Shown: positions 56,089 to 64,000 of the stretch, piece by piece
Numbering within the stretch: position 1 is the first letter of the stretch
How the letters are laid out: each line of letters starts with the position of its first letter
DNA from: Eledone cirrhosa
Lineage: Eukaryota
Length of the DNA stretch: 64,000 bases
Direction: 5' to 3'
Assembly: GCA_964016885.1 (NCBI GenBank)
Contig: OZ024756.1
Coordinates: 7,626,001 to 7,690,000 of the forward strand
Program-made: the position numbers and the translations under genes
Notes under the pieces: model-generated
What the model was told of the DNA's origin: nothing
The model's input: only the letters and a program-made list of their open reading frames with translations
Database searches by the model: none

Positions 56089-57759
56089 ATACGCACACAT
56101 ATGTTTATATGTATATATATGTTTGTATGTATATATATATATGTGTGTATGTATGTATATATGTATATGTATATATATATATAAATGTGTGTATATATGT
56201 ATATGTTTGTATATATATGTGTGTGTATATATGTATATGTTTGTATATATATATATATATATATATATGTGTGCGTATGTATATATGTATATGTGTCTAT
56301 ATGTATATATATATGTGTGTATGTGTGTGTGCGTGTGTATATATGCATGTGTGTGTACGTATGTATATACATGTGTATATGTATATATATATATATGTGT
56401 GTGTATATATATATATATGTATATACATATCATTTTAACTCTATCATCTCTTGTTTTTCCTTTCAATCTTTCGCCTCGCTCTCCTCTCCCTCTCTCACCA
56501 CCATTTTCGCTCTCTCTCTCCTTCTTACTGTCGTCTCCTCCGTATCACATTTCCCCCTTTATTTATCCTTCCCACTCTCTCCATTAACTGGAATAACAAT
56601 ACTCAGACTACAGCTTGTTTTCAACAAACCGTATAACGATGTAAATTGAATTTCCAGCAAATATTTAATTTTTCACAGGAAGACGCCGAAACGATATTGA
56701 TGGGCTTAGTTAATCGATTAACGAAGTTTCATTTTCAATAAGTCTTCATTTTGAGCCAGAAATACCAATTCATCATTCTTTCAAGTAGGCGAAATTCTAT
56801 GAAAGCTCTGATGCAACATTCGTATTATCTTTAGCCTCGTCATTATTTCTAGTTGCAGACATCGCACTAATGAGGCACCAATTTGTAAACTAGATACAAT
56901 TTACTTGAAGCAGTAGTAACGTAAAGGATGTTTATGTTTTTATTGATACTAATGCAGTTACTGAAATCACAAACAAGCTCGTCTTTATTACATCTTATAT
57001 AGCATATCTTTGGGCGTTTGGGAATTACCGGAATCCTTTTAAGTATCTAACAAATGAGCTTGGATATGTATTAAGATACCTAGCAAACATCATTATTTTT
57101 AAAATCCTTGTCTTTGATTCTACTACCTTCTAAGTACTTCCTATCATTCTGACAGTTTTCATAACATTACCCGACTAGAATCTTTCCTAGAACATGTCTA
57201 TATCGCATCATCGGTTTCTAAACGGCTACTTCAGGCATTAATTTACTCAGTAAGGAAACTTTGCTATCGGATAAAGAGTTGAGCACTCGATTCATTAGTA
57301 TTCTTAGAGAGGGTTGCAGCTATAAGCAATGGGGTTCAGTCTAATTGTTTCAAGTTTATCTAATTGGAAAGTGTATCTAAAATGAGTCGGCGAGCAATAA
57401 TATTAACTCCGTGGAGATTTGCGAAGGACTGTAGCCAAAAGGTTGTAAATTACAACTGGAGCTTACCGGCTTTGACCGAAGTGATTGTAACTGACCAGAC
57501 GGGGTAACAGTCTTTCTGTTCAAAGGAGATAAATCTCTAATCTGGGATACCCTGTGCTGCGACAAGTTCCCCCCTCCAACTGTCGATTAAATCGACAACA
57601 ATACTTAACTCTTGCGTATTTTATTAATCCCAGGGTCTATCTCAGTGGAATTTAAACTCAGTATCTAAAAGTACGCAAGTAATAATCGCATTGCTATTCT
57701 GTTCGTCACCCTAGCAATTCTAACATATTAGACTAGAATTTGACTTAGAAGCTCCCGTG

Positions 57760-58060
57760 AATTGACACACATGAGGCAGCCAAAGTGTTCCTAGGAGCAC
57801 GGTCAGTTACATCTATCAATACATACCATGTCTTGAGACACATGAGACAGCCAAAGGGCTCCAATGACCACGGTCAGTTGCATCTATCAATACATCGTTC
57901 CAGCTTTTGTTGACGAGTTCCAGGTCCTTGTCGATTGTCTTCCGTCAGTACATTTTGGGACGTCCTCTTCGCTTCATTCCATGAAGGGTGGTACCAATAC
58001 AGGAACTGGTCAGCATGTCTTTCACTTGGGAGGTTGTGTGATGCCCTTGTCTCACGTCGA
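57760..58060 (-). mobile_element. RTE-like LINE 3' remnant
   Basis: Minus strand reads ...RRGRPKMY*RKTIDKDLELVNKSWNDVLIDATDRGHW..., the R-x-RGRP...W...A.DR..W pattern of RTE ORF C-termini. The terminal part is duplicated at 57760-57830. Confidence 0.65.
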
Positions 58061-58431
58061 CGCTTGCACATGATGTTAGACCAGGCAAGGGAAACCCTTT
58101 TCGAGAAGCGGGCCGCATGTGATATGGCTCATCATCAGTCGGGCTGCAAGCGCTAATCTACACCCGTGCCCATATTAAAGAGAAGGGTGGTAATTCAGGC
58201 TGCTTTGATTTGTTTCTTCAGAATTCGTACACGCTGTTTTCCTCGATCGTAAAAAAGATATAAAGATAAATTACGACTGAAAAGTTGTGGTAAAAAAAAT
58301 CAGGAGGATCTCACTTAGGTGACTAATGCGAGCCATTCAGAAAGCTTCACGGACCGCAGGTTACCCCTGACTGTATTAGACACAGGTTTTTTGTAGTTTT
58401 GTTGACAGACTTCGTTGTTGGTATTGTTGGT

Positions 58432-61400
58432 GTTGACATTACCTACAATACTATGTCTTAGTACAGCTCTGTTCCGCCATGGTGTTCTTGACATATAACC
58501 TACAATACTATGTCTTAGTACAGCTCTGTTCCGCCGCCATGGTGTTGTTGACATATAACCTACAATATTATGTCTTAGTACAGCTCTGTTCCGCCGCCAT
58601 GGTGTTGTTGACATATAACCTACAATACTATGTCTTAGTACAGCTCTGTTCCGCCGCCATGGTGTTGACATATAACCTACAATACTATGTCTTAGTACAG
58701 CTCTGTTCCGCCGCCATGGTGTTGACATATAACCTACAATATTATGTCTTAGTACAGCTCTGTTCCGCCGCCATGGTGTTGACATATTACCTACAATACT
58801 ATGTCTTAGTACAGCTCTGTTCCGCCGCCATGGTGTTGTTGACATATAACCTACAATATTATGTCTTAGTACAGCTCTGTTCCGCCGCCATGGTGTTGTT
58901 GACATATAACCTACAATATTATGTCTTAGTACAGCTCTGTTCCGCCGCCATGGTGTTGTTGACATATTACCTACAATACTATGTCTTAGTACAGCTCTGT
59001 TCCGCCGCCATGGTGTTGTTGACATATAACCTACAATATTATGTCTTAGTACAGCTCTGTTCCGCCGCCATGGTGTTGTTGACATATAACCTACAATACT
59101 ATGTCTTAGTACAGCTCTGTTCCGCCGCCATGGTGTTGACATATTACCTACAATACTATGTCTTAGTACAGCTCTGTTCCGCCGCCATGGTGTTGTTGAC
59201 ATATAACCTACAATACTATGTCTTAGTACAGCTCTGTTCCGCCGCCATGGTGTTGTTGACATATAACCTACAATACTATGTCTTAGTACAGCTCTGTTCC
59301 GCCGCCATGGTGTTGACATATTACCTACAATACTATGTCTTAGTACAGCTCTGTTCCGCCGCCATGGTGTTGACATATAACCTACAATACTATGTCTTAG
59401 TACAGCTCTGTTCCGCCGCCATGGTGTTGTTGACATATAACCTACAATATTATGTCTTAGTACAGCTCTGTTCCGCCGCCATGGTGTTGTTGACATATAA
59501 CCTACAATATTATGTCTTAGTACAGCTCTGTTCCGCCGCCATGGTGTTGTTGACATATAACCTACAATACTATGTCTTAGTACAGCTCTGTTCCGCCGCC
59601 ATGGTGTTGTTGACATATAACCTACAATACTATGTCTTAGTACAGCTCTGTTCCGCCGCCATGGTGTTGACATATAACCTACAATATTATGTCTTAGTAC
59701 AGCTCTGTTCCGCCGCCATGGTGTTGACATATTACCTACAATACTATGTCTTAGTACAGCTCTGTTCCGCCATGGTGTTGACATATAACCTACAATACTA
59801 TGTCTTAGTACAGCTCTGTTCCGCCGCCATGGTGTTGTTGACATATAACCTACAATATTATGTCTTAGTACAGCTCTGTTCCGCCGCCATGGTGTTGTTG
59901 ACATATTACCTACAATATTATGTCTTAGTACAGCTCTGTTCCGCCGCCATGGTGTTGACATATTACCTACAATACTATGTCTTAGTACAGCTCTGTTCCG
60001 CCGCCATGGTGTTGACATATAACCTACAATACTATGTCTTAGTACAGCTCTGTTCCGCCGCCATGGTGTTGACATATTACCTACAATACTATGTCTTAGT
60101 ACAGCTCCGTTCCGCCATGGTGTTGACATATAACCTACAATACTATGTCTTAGTACAGCTCTGTTCCGCCGCCATGGTGTTGACATATTACCTACAATAC
60201 TATGTCTTAGTACAGCTCTGTTCCGCCGCCATGGTGTTGACATATTACCTACAATACTATGTCTTAGTACAGCTCTGTTCCGCCGCCATGGTGTTGTTGA
60301 CATATTACCTACAATACTATGTCTTAGTACAGCTCTGTTCCGCCGCCATGGTGTTGACATATTACCTACAATACTATGTCTTAGTACAGCTCTGTTCCGC
60401 CGCCATGGTGTTGTTGACATATTACCTACAATATTATGTCTTAGTACAGCTCTGTTCCGCCGCCATGGTGTTGTTGACATATAACCTACAATACTATGTC
60501 TTAGTACAGCTCTGTTCCGCCGCCATGGTGTTGTTGACATATAACCTACAATACTATGTCTTAGTACAGCTCTGTTCCGCCGCCATGGTGTTGTTGACAT
60601 ATTACCTACAATATTATGTCTTAGTACAGCTCTGTTCCGCCGCCATGGTGTTGTTGACATATTACCTACAATACTATGTCTTAGTACAGCTCTGTTCCGC
60701 CGCCATGGTGTTGTTGACATATAACCTACAATACTATGTCTTAGTACAGCTCTGTTCCGCCGCCATGGTGTTGACATATAACCTACAATACTATGTCTTA
60801 GTACAGCTCTGTTCCGCCGCCATGGTGTTGACATATTACCTACAATACTATGTCTTAGTACAGCTCTGTTCCGCCGCCATGGTGTTGACATATTACCTAC
60901 AATACTATGTCTTAGTACAGCTCTGTTCCGCCATGGTGTTGACATATAACCTACAATACTATGTCTTAGTACAGCTCTGTTCCGCCGCCATGGTGTTGAC
61001 ATATTACCTACAATACTATGTCTTAGTACAGCTCTGTTCCGCCGCCATGGTGTTGACATATTACCTACAATACTATGTCTTAGTACAGCTCTGTTCCGCC
61101 ATGGTGTTGACATATAACCTACAATACTATGTCTTAGTACAGCTCTGTTCCGCCGCCATGGTGTTGACATATTACCTACAATACTATGTCTTAGTACAGC
61201 TCTGTTCCGCCGCCATGGTGTTGTTGACATATAACCTACAATACTATGTCTTAGTACAGCTCTGTTCCGCCGCCATGGTGTTGTTGACATATAACCTACA
61301 ATACTATGTCTTAGTACAGCTCTGTTCCGCCGCCATGGTGTTGACATATTACCTACAATACTATGTCTTAGTACAGCTCTGTTCCACCGCCATGGTGTTG

Positions 61401-61825
61401 TTGACATATAACCTACAATATTATGTCTTAGTACAGCTCTGTTCCGCCGCCATGGTGTTGTTGACATATTACCTACAATATTATGTCTTAGTACAGCTCT
61501 GTTCCGCCGCCATGGTGTTGTTGACATATTACCTACAATATTATGTCTTAGTACAGCTCTGTTCCGCCGCCATGGTGTTGTTGACATATAACCTACAATA
61601 TTATGTCTTAGTACAGCTCTGTTCCGCCGCCATGGTGTTGTTGACATATAACCTACAATACTATGTCTTAGTACAGCTCTGTTCCGCCATTATCATGGCG
61701 GTGTTAGTCTTGACATTACCTACAATACTATGCCTTAGTACAGCTCAGTACCACCAAGATCAGGCTGGTGTTGACATATCACCTACAATACAAAGTCTCA
61801 GTACAGATCTGTTCCGCCATGATCA
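58432..61825. repeat. 54/57/60-bp satellite, ~56 homogeneous units plus degenerate edge units
   Basis: Unit GACATATAACCTACAATACTATGTCTTAGTACAGCTCTGTTCCGCCGCCATGGTGTTGTT; length varies only by CCG or TTG triplets. Confidence 0.97.
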
Positions 61826-62020
61826 GGCTGTTAAAATATAGTAACAGGAGAAATAAATGAAGCTAAATATATGCAAATGGAAAATTTATGGACGCAACAA
61901 TTCATCTCAGTTTCATTCTTTTAAGTTGTTTTTTCTTCATTGTTGTAAAAGAGGTGGGGGAGAACTGTGACTGAAAAAATCTCAAGAAATTCATAAAATT
62001 TGCAACATCAACAGCACATG

Positions 62021-62150
62021 TTCCACCTAGGTGGCGCTAGGGAATAATCGATACCAACGTTACAAAAAAATTACAAATAAAAACTAAAGAAAAACAAAGA
62101 TGGCGGAAATTATAGAAGTGGGGAAGTAATTTTAGGATTGCCGGAAGAGT
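62021..62150 (+). promoter_or_regulatory. Candidate promoter-like motif cluster
   Basis: TAGGTGGCGCTA (CTCF-core-like, 62028-62039), AAGATGGCGG (YY1-like, 62097-62106) and CCGGAAG (ETS-like, 62141-62147) in otherwise AT-rich unique DNA. Confidence 0.3.
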
Positions 62151-62639
62151 TATTATCACTTTACTTGGTATTAATTTATTTTTGGGCGATAAATAGCATT
62201 TTCCTTTTTGTTTTGGCTTTTTATTTTATTTTTTTAATATATTTTACATCTTTTTGGTTAATTAAAATTTCATTATTTGTCAAGTTTACTTTTCTGTTTG
62301 GATAAAAAGAAAGAAAAAAAAACTAATAATAAGAAAAAATAAGGAATGAAATAATCGTAAGTGATATGAAAATAAAGCGAGAATGATAGCGAATGTATTT
62401 ACTGAGTAAAAGTATGTGATAATTAATTATTTTAAAATCACAAGCTCGTACTTCACAGTTACCCACAATTCCTCTCGTTTCTCTGGTAACATCTGAACCA
62501 ACAGAACCAAAACAATTTAGATGGTTGTCTTTTATATATATTTATATTTTATATATATTTCTATTCTATGTATATTCATATATTATATATGTTTATCTTC
62601 TATGTATTTTATTTTATTTTATATATATATACATATATG

Positions 62640-62822
62640 GGCGGTGGATTGGCAGTATCGGTAGAGGGTCGGACGCCATGCTTTGACGCATAGAGTTACG
62701 GCTCTTGCCATTCTGAGTTCAAATTCTACCGAGGTTAACTTTGCCTTTCATCCTTACAGGGTCGATAAAATAAAGTACCAGTAATGTACTGGTGAATTGC
62801 TGGCCTAAAATAGAAACAATTA
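62640..62822 (+). mobile_element. SINE group A
   Basis: Matches the consensus. Confidence 0.9.
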
Positions 62823-63016
62823 TATATATATATATAATTATTTCCTATATATATTTTTTTATTTTGTTATATATATTTTTTGTTTTATATATTTATTATA
62901 TATATATTTTATATATATATTTTTGATTAGATATATATTTTGTTTTATTTGTTTTATTTTATTTTATTTTTTCTATTTTACATATATTTTATATATATTT
63001 TGTATACATTTTATAT

Positions 63017-63195
63017 CTGGCAGTATCGGTAGAGGGTCGGACGCCATGCTTTCCAGCATAGTTACGTCCCTTTACGATCTGAGTTCAAATCCCGCCAAGG
63101 TTGACTTTGCCTTTCATCCTTACGGAGTCGATAAAATAATGTACCCGTAATGCACTGGGTAATTGCTGGCCTTGTGCCTAAAGTATAAACAATTA
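63017..63195 (+). mobile_element. SINE group A
   Basis: Matches the consensus. Confidence 0.9.
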
Positions 63196-63967
63196 TATAT
63201 ATTATATATATTATATATACATTTTATATATATTATATATATATGTTTATATATATTTTGTATACATTATATATATTTTATATACATTTTTTAACATTAT
63301 ATAATTTGTATATACATTTTATATATATTATATATATTTTATATATTATATATAAATTATATATATATTATTTTATTTAATAGTTCACTCAAGTCATTAT
63401 ATTTATTGTTATGGTTTTGTATATTTTGAATCTTATTCAACAATTTTCCTCCGAATCATTACAGAAGTTGCGTGTTTCTATTAGCTCTGCTCATATTTAC
63501 AATCATAAACAGACTCGTGTATGTATGTGTGAGTATGAGTGTATGTATCTGTATATATGTATGTGTGTATGAATGTATGTGTGTGTGTATATATGAATGT
63601 ATGTATGTGTGTGTGCATGTATATGTGTAAGTATGCATGTATGTATTTGTGTTTATATGTGTATATGTATGCATGTATGTATGTATGTATGCATTTATGT
63701 ATGTATGTATTTGTGTATACACACATGCACACAAACATACATATACATACATGCACATGCATATATACATAATGCATACATACATACATAAATACTTACA
63801 TGTATATATACATGCATACATATACGCATGTATATGTATGCATGTATGTATACATGTAAGTATTTATGTATGTAAATATGTATATATGTATGTGCATGTA
63901 TGTATATGTATATTTGTGTGCATGTGCGTATGCTCGAATAAACATATTTCATTATCTATGTATGTAT

Positions 63968-64000
63968 GGGCGGTGGATTGGCAGTATCGGTAGATGGTCG
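63968..64000 (+). mobile_element. SINE group A 5' end, cut by the window edge
   Basis: GGCGGTGGATTGGCAGTATCGGTAGA. Confidence 0.8.

Noticed and set aside
57382-57507. Short ATG-initiated frame MSRRAIILTPWRFAK...
   Set aside because: 41 codons, no recognisable motif or splice context.
28149-61825. CRISPR-like regular arrays
   Set aside because: No unique spacers, no cas genes, eukaryotic context; these are plain tandem repeats.
62099-62170. F-box-like ILGLPEELL in an alternate frame
   Set aside because: Upstream in-frame stop at 62078, no ATG or acceptor, and too short to trust.

Overview
Gene-poor, repeat-dense animal genomic DNA. The microsatellite load and SINE types suggest an octopod or other coleoid cephalopod (inference from recalled repeat motifs, not a database match). 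No host protein-coding gene could be recognised. Contents: five tandem arrays (602/615-bp, 45-bp x ~235, 22-bp, 29-bp, 54-60-bp); two tRNA-derived SINE groups in many copies; three decayed Penelope-like elements (RT/GIY-YIG); four stacked 3' fragments of an L1/Tx1-like LINE separated by (GATA)n; an RTE-like fragment; and mariner-type MITEs. Reading both strands gives about 15 type-I hammerhead ribozyme motifs. Many sit as head-to-head inverted pairs in small palindromic elements inside (TA)n tracts, one has a ~100-nt stem II, and two are spaced 437 nt apart in a tandem dimer. Other notable points: the 10.5-kb 45-bp satellite and the 22-bp minisatellite both grew out of internal pieces of SINE copies in place, and the diverged LINE fragments share nearly the same 5' breakpoint. 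All folds and alignments were done by eye.
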